A DNA stretch of 64,000 nucleotides from Nitrospinota bacterium (GCA_013349585.1 DUZG01000003.1:15707-79706), one strand, 5' to 3'; counted from the stretch's first letter, positions 18,601-27,928 are shown. The notes: generated by a model from the sequence alone, not told the origin. Made by a program: numbers and translations.

Positions 18601-21053
18601 GAAGATGTGGTAATGCCGCCATTCAAAGTAATACCGGAGCTTGCTACCAGGGCAACGGTTCCGGCGGCTGTTAAATTGCCTGTTGTCGTGATGCTGGTAG
18701 GTGCTGTCAGCGTTAACCCGGCAGCCGCAGTCATACCACCGGTAATGGCACTCAAGCTTATAGCTGTTGCACTGTTTAGAGAAACGCCACTGGCAAAAGT
18801 AATATTATCCTTTGGGTCGATTGTATCGATGCCGTTATCGGAGTCTCCGTTTAAGCTAATAGCTCCTGTAGTTGTGGTGATATCGGCATTGACATTAATT
18901 CCATTAACGGCTTTAGCTTCCAGTGAAGAAAACGAAGAGTCCGCCTGAAATATAATAGCACCATCTGAACCCGAGACATGAGTGTTGACATTCAGCACAA
19001 CACCCTCATTAAAAGAAGTGAGGGTAATTCCATCTACGGTGATATCACCGTTGAGGGTTCCGCCAATGGTGAGCTTATTGCCGCTGATGTTATTCAGCTC
19101 AGATTGCACGATGGACATATCACACAGGCTTGCGAAACCAGCTCCACAACCGGATAACGCGCTGCCACCTAAGAAAATATTTGTGTTCGATCCAATGGTT
19201 ACATTGCCGGTGCCACTGTTAATGTTGCTCGCCAAATTTAAAGTTCTACCTGTTAGAGAAATATCGCCTCCGTTCGAAGTCAAATTTCCTATGATCAGGT
19301 CACCCTTTGCCTCGAAGATGATATTTCCTCCCTGGGTAGAGATGGTGTCATTCGCTCCAAGGAATTGAATATTTCCGGTAGAAGAAACGATATCCCCGTT
19401 AGTGTCTTTGCTGATAAGATTTTTTGTGGTTCGGAAGGTAACTGAGTTGCCGCTACCTTGCTGTAAACTGATAAAAGCAGATCCACCTAAATTCGCGATG
19501 GTGATTTTTTCGTCTGCTTGTAGAATTATATTTGTTGTTCCTGAAATTCCTTGAAGTGTACCAACAGAGATAGTCGCTATTTCGAAAGTAGCCGCACCAC
19601 TGGTGGTAGCTTGCGAACCTGCAACAACGTTAATTTCTTTTGGGTCAAGCAACAATGTTCCGGTTTTTCCATTGGCAGCGGTGGTGTTTACTGACCCATC
19701 AAAAAATAGTTCTTCTTTCCCGGAGACTTCTACGAATCCGCCATTGCCAAAATATTTTCCTCCGCGACCTTTGACAATCCCTTGAAAGTGGATTCTTCGA
19801 TCGGCCCAGAAAATCGTTCTGCCGCCATCACCATAATTCACGGCATCTGCAAATATCAGTGTGCCAGATCCGATATAGGTATCCCATGCATTGGGAACGG
19901 TGCCATTACCCTGATAGTCACCGCCAAACAATAATGTTCCACCTCCAGAATCGCCAGAAACATCTATGAAGCCTGTTCCGTAAAGCCCAACCAGATGGCC
20001 CAGAACATTAATTTCGCCTCCTGTTTCTCCTGCATTGTAACCCGAAGCATCCAGCGTTCCTGAAACATGGACATCGCCTTCATCGCCACCCATCAAAATT
20101 ATTTTTCCATTTTTCTCCATAACAGACCTTGCCTGAATCACGCCATCCATATTGATCACATGGTCTACGATATCTTGTGCGGCATTGACATCCAGCCGAA
20201 CCACACCCCCATCAGCAAAAATACTGCCACTGTTAGTGATTAGAGTGGATAGGGTTTCTCCATCCATTCCTGTTACCTGGTCTACCACTTTGCTGTCGAT
20301 TGCAAGGTTGATCAATTGATCACCATAAAGGTCGAGGGTAAAAGTTTTACCTGAAGCCAGACTCACTTTCCCCAGTCTGGCATTGATCACTCCTAGATTT
20401 TGTACGCCCGGTGCCACCAAGGCCACGAGTCCGCCTTCAGCAGCGGTTATGGTGCCTTGATTGACTATTGAGTTCGAGAAACTGGAGGGGATATCGAAAT
20501 TATAATTTTCACTCAAAAAATTTGAATTGTTAATATTGCTGGTTGTTGCTACTAGACCATGCACGTCCACTTGCGAATTGTTACCAAAGAAAACCCCATT
20601 GGGATTAACCAACCACAAATCACCATTCGATGTCAGTTTTCCTAGAATTTGTGAAGGATCATTTCCCGTTACCCGGTTCAGAGTAACGCCACCCTGTGAT
20701 AACTGGAAGTCAACGTGTTCCATCGTATCGATGTTAAAACTTTCCCAATCAATGATCGCCTTGGTAGTGCCTTGGTAAATATTCATGGTATCAGGGATGG
20801 ACGTATCATCAATTATCACCGAACCAGACTTAATAGTTGGGTCGGTAGGAAGGGCGAAAACGATCGAAGGGAAAATACCTATCAGATAAGTCAAAAATGA
20901 AACCAGAAATATCGCCCAATTGCTTGGCTTCCGGGAGAGTTGGAATACTCGTCCCGGGCGAGAGGCTGATTTCTCACGAGGAAAAGGCATTGTTGGCTTT
21001 TCTCCGGTCTTTGCCGGGCCAAATGCCATCTGATTTATTTTAAAAACGTTCAT
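15609..21053 (-). CDS. Filamentous-haemagglutinin-like TpsA exoprotein
   Basis: Signal peptide ending VFA-LP; TPS domain (IIDWESFNI, TLNRVTG.DPSQILG, NPNG); GGDYQG..GGFVEVSG..G.LLLDP block; long G/S/T/N-rich beta-helix. Confidence 0.92.
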   Translation of the reverse strand: MNVFKINQMAFGPAKTGEKPTMPFPREKSASRPGRVFQLSRKPSNWAIFLVSFLTYLIGIFPSIVFALPTDPTIKSGSVIIDDTSIPDTMNIYQGTTKAIIDWESFNIDTMEHVDFQLSQGGVTLNRVTGNDPSQILGKLTSNGDLWLVNPNGVFFGNNSQVDVHGLVATTSNINNSNFLSENYNFDIPSSFSNSIVNQGTITAAEGGLVALVAPGVQNLGVINARLGKVSLASGKTFTLDLYGDQLINLAIDSKVVDQVTGMDGETLSTLITNSGSIFADGGVVRLDVNAAQDIVDHVINMDGVIQARSVMEKNGKIILMGGDEGDVHVSGTLDASGYNAGETGGEINVLGHLVGLYGTGFIDVSGDSGGGTLLFGGDYQGNGTVPNAWDTYIGSGTLIFADAVNYGDGGRTIFWADRRIHFQGIVKGRGGKYFGNGGFVEVSGKEELFFDGSVNTTAANGKTGTLLLDPKEINVVAGSQATTSGAATFEIATISVGTLQGISGTTNIILQADEKITIANLGGSAFISLQQGSGNSVTFRTTKNLISKDTNGDIVSSTGNIQFLGANDTISTQGGNIIFEAKGDLIIGNLTSNGGDISLTGRTLNLASNINSGTGNVTIGSNTNIFLGGSALSGCGAGFASLCDMSIVQSELNNISGNKLTIGGTLNGDITVDGITLTSFNEGVVLNVNTHVSGSDGAIIFQADSSFSSLEAKAVNGINVNADITTTTGAISLNGDSDNGIDTIDPKDNITFASGVSLNSATAISLSAITGGMTAAAGLTLTAPTSITTTGNLTAAGTVALVASSGITLNGGITTSSGDLSINANSSVLALGSGVTLSSAGALTLSASNTTSAGALILTSTSSTINIDNALVSQGAITMTANSGLTLDNSTLTAAENINLEGGSSLSLASGTSISGGNITLGGSTITANNGSLTLNSTGSITVGNALTSVTTANLTASSGVSLAGLSANGTVDLNSGTGTTTISGALSTTNNALTVTASDLSLTGSINTGTSATTINVSNSGSLGLGFTSGFSGMNISNTELALITGDLNLINGSITLASGTSLNLAGKLTIGQSGGTITGQGASTLSGTTGLVINTSTITSSGDITLASNTGNITTAGAITLKSTGAINLNNNFIASGAIVLKSNGLTIGGSTLSSGTASTTIQTNLANATIGLGASNCGDTCGLSLTSTELGKIIAGDLVVGDNTNGNITVDGIPSTDSDQFTSVTLNATSSGSSVIFENSASIFKVLTVNSGNGITLSSNLTTNNTTSFNSDSDANGSGIFTISSGQTLNTSSNSLSIISSDIALGAVSAINSGTATLLASQSGQTIGLGSGAGSFSLNNTELSQITATDLTIGNNSNGTTTLDNVTSFSGPLTLNATATGSAVNFSGTASSGLGNITINAGTGGMDFGVDVTTTGSLTATSGAAIAGAGVLTIAGTASFNTSGTANATVVSNSDFTLGNSTIGGDLTVTVNGAKSLNVSGNVTTSGKIIARAESNGGAITMATGGSFNAGTETINLSADQDITLGLLTTSNSSTTSITLTSTNGGVRDGDTSALDISTSGRLVADLVTGFGTSDNAIETNLTSVDIDNSTSGKINIFESNAIDIFKINHAGTGDINVSFIRTATNRHNATAFSGSVLFTRRDTGNILVLDKKLSQRSNETTGQLFTQLEYPEPTYLKLDLATAKRKKLPPLNLFSEVKGLVEIDEETAVYFDGLENLGNIWEGTGIENSQIAERKRSSRSVLSKRPKTTFEEEQVADISFRKSVQKSSSYFEDTSGGKRASYQSSHKTPKRSPKPLFSLSQLDFFSFAP

Positions 21054-21061
21054 CTGTAAAC

Positions 21062-22801
21062 TTAAAAATGTGTCGACAAGCTGAAAAACATTCGGGTGTC
21101 CTTGTTGCCCTCTGCCGAGACATCTCGGTTTAGAGGCTTGTCAAATTCAACATACCCGGAAATATAATCCGTAACATTGAATCTCAATCCCATACCAATA
21201 GAACTGAGGTCTTGTTTGCTGGAGCCGGTTGAAGTTTTGATTCGACTCCACACCGTTCCATAATCGAAAAATGTATATGCCTGGATGTCTTGAATGTAGG
21301 CTCTATTGATTTGAAAGGCTTTTTGTAACTCAAGCTTTAAAGCCAAGCCATGGTCACCTGTAATTTCTGAAGGATCAAAAGCCCGTCCAAATTGTGAGCC
21401 ACCTACTCCAAACTCTTGGGGTGCCAATAGTTTTTCAAAAGAGTATTGCCACGATGCAGCGCCCAATAACATCCAGGAAGGAACCAGTTGTTGCAGTCGA
21501 AGCACTTCTCCAGAGATTTTTGAAAAGTTAGCTCTGCCTTCGGGGCGCGAAAGCTTGAGTCCGCCCGATTCGCTGGCGCCAAAAATGTTTAGTCCCTGGC
21601 TCCAGTTAATGCTAAGTAAGTTGACCCCGCGATAACTGTCGACGAAATCGTAAGACAAACCAAAATTGGCGATGCGTAATTTATCTTTCGAATTCGTATC
21701 ACCCAAAAATTTTGTAGTGGAATCTCTGCGGGCAAAACCAAAAAACGTGTTCAAGTTTTCAGCGCGAGATCGGATGATAGGATGTGTCACTCGCAACGTG
21801 AAAGCGGTGCTATTTCCTTTCACATCAAAAACTTCAAGATCCGCACCGGGTTGAGACTTGCTGGCTGAACCAGAAAAATAAATTTTAGTTCCTTCAGAAA
21901 AGACAGGCTGTTCATAAAATCCACTAAAGAACCTCAGCTCATCGGTTTGTTTTGTAATTACCCCTTGAAAGCCGATTCGTTCATAAAGCCCTAGCAAAGA
22001 ATTTGTGCTGGCATTGCTAGAAAACTGGATGGGTCCGTTGAATTTTGAACCACGGTTATCGACTCCAAGACTTCCTGCGTATCTTTTATTCTCAAAAATC
22101 AAGGTCAGGTCGGTAGCCCCTGATTGAACTTTAGAAGGCGTTAAAACCGATTTCACTGTCACGCCGGGCAAGTCATCTACTAAAAGCAAATATCGCTCGA
22201 GATCTTTGGCAAGTAGCGGTTTGGATTTTAAAAGCTTCTTGCGATATTTATTAAGTAAGCTTCTCGGGCCGATAACATCTCCCTGAACATTGACCTTGTC
22301 CACGAAACCTTCTATGACATCGATACGGATGACCCCTCTGTCAATTTGTTGCGGAGGAACAACAGCTTTGCTCAAAATGTATCCGTCATTCCTGTACATA
22401 TTCGTAATTGTTTGTGCAATGCCATACACATGCCCTAACGAAATACGCTTTCGCATATACTTTTTAAATAATCTGGAAAACCTGCGTTTGCTGTAAAGGG
22501 TCGAACCCTTAATAACCATTTTTCGCAAAATAAACTTTACCTTCCGCAACTCCTCGGGAAACATAGGTTTGAGATTGTCTTTTCGTACGGGTATCTTTTG
22601 CGCTTTTGGTTTTGCTTGCTTCTTGAAGCGTTCTTCGAATCGGAGTGGGGAGGCCTGCTTATAAACTTGATCCCGCCCTTGGGAAGAAATCTGGGCAAAA
22701 GAGGGCAAGGCAAAAAAATTACAGAAGAGAAGGCAAAAAGCCCCTACTGTAAGAATTTTATTTTTGAAATTAGTTGTAACCAAATCCACCACCATATTCA
22801 T
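21062..22801 (-). CDS. TpsB (ShlB/FhaC/HecB family) outer-membrane transporter
   Basis: Signal peptide, POTRA domains (YRNDGYILS..VPPQ..G..RI.VIEG, LERYLLL..DLPG), DNRG motif, C-terminal Phe; directly upstream of tpsA. Confidence 0.93.
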   Translation of the reverse strand: MNMVVDLVTTNFKNKILTVGAFCLLFCNFFALPSFAQISSQGRDQVYKQASPLRFEERFKKQAKPKAQKIPVRKDNLKPMFPEELRKVKFILRKMVIKGSTLYSKRRFSRLFKKYMRKRISLGHVYGIAQTITNMYRNDGYILSKAVVPPQQIDRGVIRIDVIEGFVDKVNVQGDVIGPRSLLNKYRKKLLKSKPLLAKDLERYLLLVDDLPGVTVKSVLTPSKVQSGATDLTLIFENKRYAGSLGVDNRGSKFNGPIQFSSNASTNSLLGLYERIGFQGVITKQTDELRFFSGFYEQPVFSEGTKIYFSGSASKSQPGADLEVFDVKGNSTAFTLRVTHPIIRSRAENLNTFFGFARRDSTTKFLGDTNSKDKLRIANFGLSYDFVDSYRGVNLLSINWSQGLNIFGASESGGLKLSRPEGRANFSKISGEVLRLQQLVPSWMLLGAASWQYSFEKLLAPQEFGVGGSQFGRAFDPSEITGDHGLALKLELQKAFQINRAYIQDIQAYTFFDYGTVWSRIKTSTGSSKQDLSSIGMGLRFNVTDYISGYVEFDKPLNRDVSAEGNKDTRMFFSLSTHF

Positions 22802-23076
22802 CTTAGCGGGAAATAAAGAGCTGAAGTTGAGTCCAAAAATACCTTTGCTAAAATCCTTGAATTACCGTAAATAAAGGGCTTGAGCCTTAAAAGGTTCTGC
22901 TGCATACTTGCTGTCTCAATCGAGATTACTTCCCATATTTCATAGAGTTTCATGCCATAATTTGACAGCCCAAAGCCTCGGGGGAATTCGAAAGAATATT
23001 TGATTTTTTAAACAAACTGCATTGGAAGTTAACCCTTTAATTACAAGTATTTCAGGCATATTGACTCCTTATTAAA

Positions 23077-23092
23077 AGCAAGGACTATGCCA
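23077..23092 (-). promoter_or_regulatory. Sigma54 -24/-12 promoter upstream of tpsBA
   Basis: Minus strand TGGCAT-AGTCC-TTGCT, canonical GG-N10-GC spacing. Confidence 0.75.
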
Positions 23093-23208
23093 AAGGGCGT
23101 CCTACGAGAATAATTGCGTAAGTATTTGTAAATAAAGTATTTTATTAGTTTTGATGCGGGAAAAATTACTCGGTACAGAGTCAAAATCGGAAGTTTTTTC
23201 CATTGCCT

Positions 23209-23222
23209 GTCAATTTTTTGAT
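23209..23222. promoter_or_regulatory. FleQ-type enhancer box candidate
   Basis: GTCAATTTTTTGAT, about 117 bp upstream of the sigma54 promoter. Confidence 0.45.
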
Positions 23223-23380
23223 AACAGGAGAAGAGATGGAAAATCCTATTTGGGATATTTGAGGGTTCAAAAAAAGTCAAAGAATTTAAAAAAAGCCGGG
23301 CAACCCTCTAAGATTAAAACCATAAGTCGATTGATTTTTCTACTTCCGGCTATCTAGACTCCATTGTGCAAAGGGGGAAA

Positions 23381-23587
23381 TTGGCAAACGATAAATCCAT
23401 GATAATTTTGAATCTGTGCGACTTTTACTCCCACGAAATATCTGACTGTGGAGCACAACCCATATTGGCGGAATAATTGAACCTTGAAAAACAAGACTCC
23501 TACAAATTGACTGCAGTGATGGCCTGCGACAAGTATAAAAGCCCGGTCGATATTCTGAAAGAAAGGTTTCACGACCCTGATCTCTAA
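23381..23587 (+). pseudogene. Small hypothetical gene with one in-frame TAA
   Basis: RBS aagggg, TTG start, LANDKSMIILNLCDFYSHEISDCGAQPILAE*LNLEKQDSYKLTAVMACDKYKSPVDILKERFHDPDL; internal stop at 23474-23476. Confidence 0.45.
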
Positions 23588-23733
23588 GAAGTCATAGCTA
23601 TATTTACCCTTACCTATTTGCGTTTTTCCTTCCTGTTTTATCCTTAACCAATTTGAAACGTTCGCTTGACAATTATGTAATGTGAGAAGGCTATACTTTT
23701 CTTAGTCGACAACCTGATTTTAAGGAAAATTTT

Positions 23734-24117
23734 ATGTCTTTGAAAAACGATGGTAAAAAGAAACTCGCAGAATATTTTTGAATGGAAATCATCAAGGCCA
23801 TCCTGACTTCACCTGAAGTAAAGCTCTCGATCAAGCAACTGCAGGCATTGGGGCTTTTGGATTATGTCAGCGAGTATAATTTAGTGCTGGAAGTGGAAGA
23901 ACCGGGACAAATAAATTTTTCACACAGCCAAAAGAGTAGGGAAAAGACGATTCTTAAGGATAAAATCGATCTCGAAGATTCAGAAACGTTCAAGAAAATT
24001 TCTATGCCGTGGGTAGATGAAAAATTGTTGTCAGGTAACGAGATGCTTTTCGAAGAATATCTCAGTCAAGAATTTGATGAGGAACAATGGTTGAAGCAAA
24101 GCAAAATCAGGCTTTAA
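23734..24117 (+). pseudogene. Hypothetical gene with in-frame TGA after codon 15 (or a shorter CDS from 23782)
   Basis: RBS aagga with ATG 23734, MSLKNDGKKKLAEYF*, then MEIIKA.. in the same frame; TGA at 23779-23781. Confidence 0.55.
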
Positions 24118-24161
24118 TTTTCCGCTTTTCTTCAAGATATTCTTGCCCGAAAAATGAGAGT

Positions 24162-24422
24162 TTATTTGGCGACTAGGTGATCCGCGATCAGAATAATATG
24201 TTGTTTATTTACCGCAAGAAATTTGGATTCAAATAAAACATTCCCAGTGACCAGGCAATAGACTTTGGCATCGATCACAGGAATGAAGCTTTCCTCCCCC
24301 TGATTCAACATATCCAAAAGTCGATTATTTGGGAACTTGAAAATCTTTCCCTCGACTTTTTAGCTCGCGGTTCGAATAATGGCGCTGATGGTTTCTTTTT
24401 TGACAAAAGCGTTGTAGGCCAT
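24162..24422 (-). pseudogene. DUF6812-like small protein with one in-frame TAA
   Basis: MAYNAFVKKETISAIIRTAS*KVEGKIF..RLLDMLN..FIPVIDAKV..FLAVNKQHII; stop at 24360-24362. Family assigned from recalled motif only. Confidence 0.6.
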
Positions 24423-24604
24423 GTCTCGATCCCTTACCTGATTCAAGTAAAAATAAACAGCCCGATCTCGAATATTTTTGCGAGCATTTAGCTTACCCGT
24501 TTTTCCTCCTTCTGACAAGAGAGCCTTCTCATAAATTGCATGCTTCATGTGGGTATGTGGTATTCTTCATTTTGATTTTTTTAAACTCTATTTAATCGCT
24601 AATT

Positions 24605-26644
24605 ATGAATAAGCCCGGCACACAAAGACTTCAAGGTACCGATGGTATACGCCGGGAAACAAAGCTCGCTAGTGATTTTGAATGCAAAGGGCTCACTCCG
24701 CAGCAAGTATTTCTTGAGAAGGGCTGGATCACCGAGCAATTCATGGAGTTATATGCCTATGTGCATATTAAAAATCTGCCAGGACCCAAAAAAGCAAAAA
24801 ATATTGTGGTGGGATGGGACCCGCGGGACCCATCTGGAATTTTTATTGAAGCTGCTATCAAGGGGATTCGTAAGGCTGGGGGCAATGCCCTGACTCTTGG
24901 GATTGTGCCAACCCCGCTGGTACCGCTCTTTATGCTCCATCAGGATGCCGAATGCGGCATTATGATTACGGCATCGCATAACCCCAATGACCAGAACGGA
25001 ATAAAACTTTTTTCCCCTTTTCGCGGCATGAAACCTCTGCCGTCCGACGACTCTCGATTGACTCATTTTATTTCGCAGCAAAAATATTCCGCCATTAAAA
25101 GCCTATTATTAAAGGGTAAGCGTAAAGATTACAGGAAAAATGCTTTGGAACTTTTTAGCGAGTTTACCCTAGCTCCCGAAAACTCGTGGATTGATGAATC
25201 GATCAATTTTGAAAACGTGGTGCTGGTTGTTGACCCTGCTAATGGCTCGCTCACGGGCATTGCCAGGGAAATTTTTACCCAGGCAGGGGTTGGGAAAGTA
25301 TTCGAGGTCAACGGAAAATTAAATGGGGATGTGAACGTGTTTTCCGGTGTGGCCGATCTCGAAGGCCGAGACCGGATCGCTGCCGAGCAGATTAAAAATC
25401 CCGGCGGGTATTTTTATCGCCACCAAGCCGTTGTTAAACTTTTTGAAGTAGGACGTAAGCACAAACCCTTCTTGCGCAAAGGAATAATGCGAGCCGTGGC
25501 AGCCATCTTCGATGCAGATGCCGATCGTTTTTTTATGTTGGAATACGATCCTTTTAAAGATCTACTCTGGGTATTGAGCGGCGATGAAACGGCTATTTTG
25601 CAAGCCAAACATCTGTCGACCCAGTTCCCAGAAAAATATAAAGAATCTTTGTATATCAATACCGTTGAAAGCGATCTCAATGCTGCAATCGCCGCTGAAA
25701 AAATGGGATTGAAATCTGAGCTGACCGCTGTAGGCGATAAATGGATTCTTCTTGAAATACTGTTAAAACATTTAGAGAAAAAAGCAAAAGGCAGCGATTG
25801 CCCGAAGCAAAAACGTTTGGTATTTCAGCGTGAAGCGAAGAAGCTAAAAAAGGTGGGTATAACAAGTATTGCTTCGCTAAAAAAACTTGCCAAAATTTTG
25901 GGTGAAAAAAAGAGGCCGAAAGAAGATGCTAACTCGGTTCTGGCAGTTGGCAGTGAAGAAACCGGGCATAATATTACAGAGTCAAAATTTACTCGGCCTG
26001 ATGGAGAAGCAGTGTCGATTTATTCTGGTAATGGCATTAAAAGTGCTTTGAACACTCTGGTGGCGACCGAATATCTAAATCTTTCTCCAACAAAATATTA
26101 CAATAAGATAAGTCGACCCTTTACCCCAGGCTTTAAGGGTACGCTTTATGTTTATTATATTCAACAGGAATTGTTTTTCAGAGGTTCAATAGTCTGGCGA
26201 AAAGTAAAGCAAACTCTTATGCGTGCGGCTAAAAAAAGAAGCTATCAAGTTGCGACTCGAATTTTTCCTGAAGACCCCGATATGTTATATATCTCATTGT
26301 CGGCAGGGAAAGCGGGTATCTTCGTGAGGAACTCCGGCACCGAAAATAAAATCAGTATCAATCTCCGAGGAAGTAAGTTGGATGCCGCGAACCTGAAACA
26401 AATGGGACAAGAGACTATAAAAATACTTTTCACGGCCTTAAAAAACTGCGATCATCATTTTTTTAAACTGGAATTGGATGCGCTTAGTCAGATTGCATCG
26501 CAGCCCTTGAATGAAAAAGATTTAGAAATTGAAAAATTTTCAAAAACCCGACTGGTCACTGAAATGCAGAAACAGAGCCTCATTGAAATGAGTTCCAAAG
26601 GCTTCCGCTTGACCGCGCTTGGAAAATGGTATGTAGGAAATTGA
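24605..26644 (+). CDS. Phosphohexomutase (GlmM/PMM-like), enlarged
   Basis: GTDGIR, D.R.S, PTP, ITASHNP (catalytic Ser), DADADR metal loop, GDK, EETGH, VRNSGTE. Confidence 0.85.
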   Translation: MNKPGTQRLQGTDGIRRETKLASDFECKGLTPQQVFLEKGWITEQFMELYAYVHIKNLPGPKKAKNIVVGWDPRDPSGIFIEAAIKGIRKAGGNALTLGIVPTPLVPLFMLHQDAECGIMITASHNPNDQNGIKLFSPFRGMKPLPSDDSRLTHFISQQKYSAIKSLLLKGKRKDYRKNALELFSEFTLAPENSWIDESINFENVVLVVDPANGSLTGIAREIFTQAGVGKVFEVNGKLNGDVNVFSGVADLEGRDRIAAEQIKNPGGYFYRHQAVVKLFEVGRKHKPFLRKGIMRAVAAIFDADADRFFMLEYDPFKDLLWVLSGDETAILQAKHLSTQFPEKYKESLYINTVESDLNAAIAAEKMGLKSELTAVGDKWILLEILLKHLEKKAKGSDCPKQKRLVFQREAKKLKKVGITSIASLKKLAKILGEKKRPKEDANSVLAVGSEETGHNITESKFTRPDGEAVSIYSGNGIKSALNTLVATEYLNLSPTKYYNKISRPFTPGFKGTLYVYYIQQELFFRGSIVWRKVKQTLMRAAKKRSYQVATRIFPEDPDMLYISLSAGKAGIFVRNSGTENKISINLRGSKLDAANLKQMGQETIKILFTALKNCDHHFFKLELDALSQIASQPLNEKDLEIEKFSKTRLVTEMQKQSLIEMSSKGFRLTALGKWYVGN

Positions 26645-26646
26645 CT

Positions 26647-27420
26647 ATGCAAGACTTGTCCCTGTTCTTTTCAGATTTGGACCGAGAGCCTTATAAGACG
26701 CTGTTTTCTGGGGTTGATCAGGTTTGGGGGCCATTGAGAAATCTCGATTCGATATTACAGTCGCTGATGAAAAGTAAAACAGATTCCTATTCAATAGAGT
26801 TGGAGGGTGCCAGTTTTGACAAAAATGAAAAGGGATTATTCGTGCAGAAATGGATAACACTGGATCGCGCGGTTTATTTAAAAGAGTTGGGAATTTTTAT
26901 TGGCTCGGGTACTCGGTTGGAACCATCAGCAATAATTAAAGGTCCGGCGGTGATAGACGAGAACTGCGACATTCGGCAAGGCGCTTATATTCGCGGAAAT
27001 GTTTTTGCCGGCGAAGGTTGTGTGATCGGTCATGCGACAGAAGTTAAAAATAGTATTTTAATGGATCACAGTGAAGCTGGGCATTTCAATTATATTGGTG
27101 ACAGTATTGTGGGGCGCCATGTCAATATGGGTGCCGGGTCGAAACTGGCAAACTTGCAGTTTCGTAGCAGGGAAGAAAAACAGGAAGGTTTTGTCCATCC
27201 GATTCAGATTCCGTCTGCGGGCCTTGATACCGGTATGGAAAAGCTGGGAGCTGTGGTGGGAGATCATGCCGAGATTGGGTGTAACGCGGTTCTTTGCCCG
27301 GGAGCATTGTTGGGTAAAGATACCTGGGTTTACCCTAACCTGATGGTGCCAAAAGGTTATTATCCTCCTAAAACCGTACTGACTCCAAAAGACAGAAAAC
27401 TACGAAGTATAGATAGGTAA
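26647..27420 (+). CDS. Left-handed beta-helix acetyltransferase (GlmU C-terminal-like)
   Basis: Hexapeptide repeats, EVKNS, HFNYIGDS, GAG..AN, KLGA..GD..IGCN; no nucleotidyltransferase domain. Confidence 0.85.
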   Translation: MQDLSLFFSDLDREPYKTLFSGVDQVWGPLRNLDSILQSLMKSKTDSYSIELEGASFDKNEKGLFVQKWITLDRAVYLKELGIFIGSGTRLEPSAIIKGPAVIDENCDIRQGAYIRGNVFAGEGCVIGHATEVKNSILMDHSEAGHFNYIGDSIVGRHVNMGAGSKLANLQFRSREEKQEGFVHPIQIPSAGLDTGMEKLGAVVGDHAEIGCNAVLCPGALLGKDTWVYPNLMVPKGYYPPKTVLTPKDRKLRSIDR

Positions 27421-27424
27421 GTTT

Positions 27425-27928
27425 ATGAATACTAAAGACTCATCATCGAAAGAACAATCTAATCTTGATGCCTTTTTCGAAATGTTTGACTGGGTGGATG
27501 ACGATGTTTCTGAACTGAATAACGACGAAGAAGTCGATGTCAGTGGCTATGAATGTCTTTTCATTGCATTCAATAATTTGCGCAGTTATTGCAAGCAGAT
27601 CGATTTAGATTTCAGTCAGATTGAAGACCAATACCAAGCTTCTATCAATCCCGGTCAATCTGATGAAACCTTCTGGGACCAAGATCTGGATGCGACCTAT
27701 TCAGAAATGGATGAGCTGGCTGGGTTCGGGAAACTATTGGAAACAATAGAGAAAGGTTTTTCGGAGTATGAAAAATTTTGCAATAAAAGTGATGAGATTT
27801 TTGATGAGTGGCATTGTGTCCTAATAATGCACTCTTTTCTGCGGAAGTTTTGCGATAAACTCGAAATTGATTACACTTTGCTTCAGGACGATATTTCTGC
27901 CCTCAAGTTGGAAATGAAGAAGAAGTAG
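27425..27928 (+). CDS. Acidic hypothetical protein with internal duplication
   Basis: 167 aa, 4 bp after the previous gene; two similar halves. Confidence 0.7.
   Translation: MNTKDSSSKEQSNLDAFFEMFDWVDDDVSELNNDEEVDVSGYECLFIAFNNLRSYCKQIDLDFSQIEDQYQASINPGQSDETFWDQDLDATYSEMDELAGFGKLLETIEKGFSEYEKFCNKSDEIFDEWHCVLIMHSFLRKFCDKLEIDYTLLQDDISALKLEMKKK

Noticed and set aside
16102-19785. Long + strand ORFs antisense to tpsA, and similar shadow ORFs opposite smc, tig, lon, fli genes and fliD
   Set aside because: Antisense shadows of biased codon usage, with no RBS or motifs.
15609-22801. Contact-dependent inhibition (CdiBAI) system
   Set aside because: No VENN/PT motif or toxin-like tip, and no co-oriented immunity gene; the next gene is convergent.
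23779-23781. In-frame TGA as selenocysteine
   Set aside because: No redox motif context and no evident SECIS hairpin; neighbouring genes are broken by TAA in the same way.
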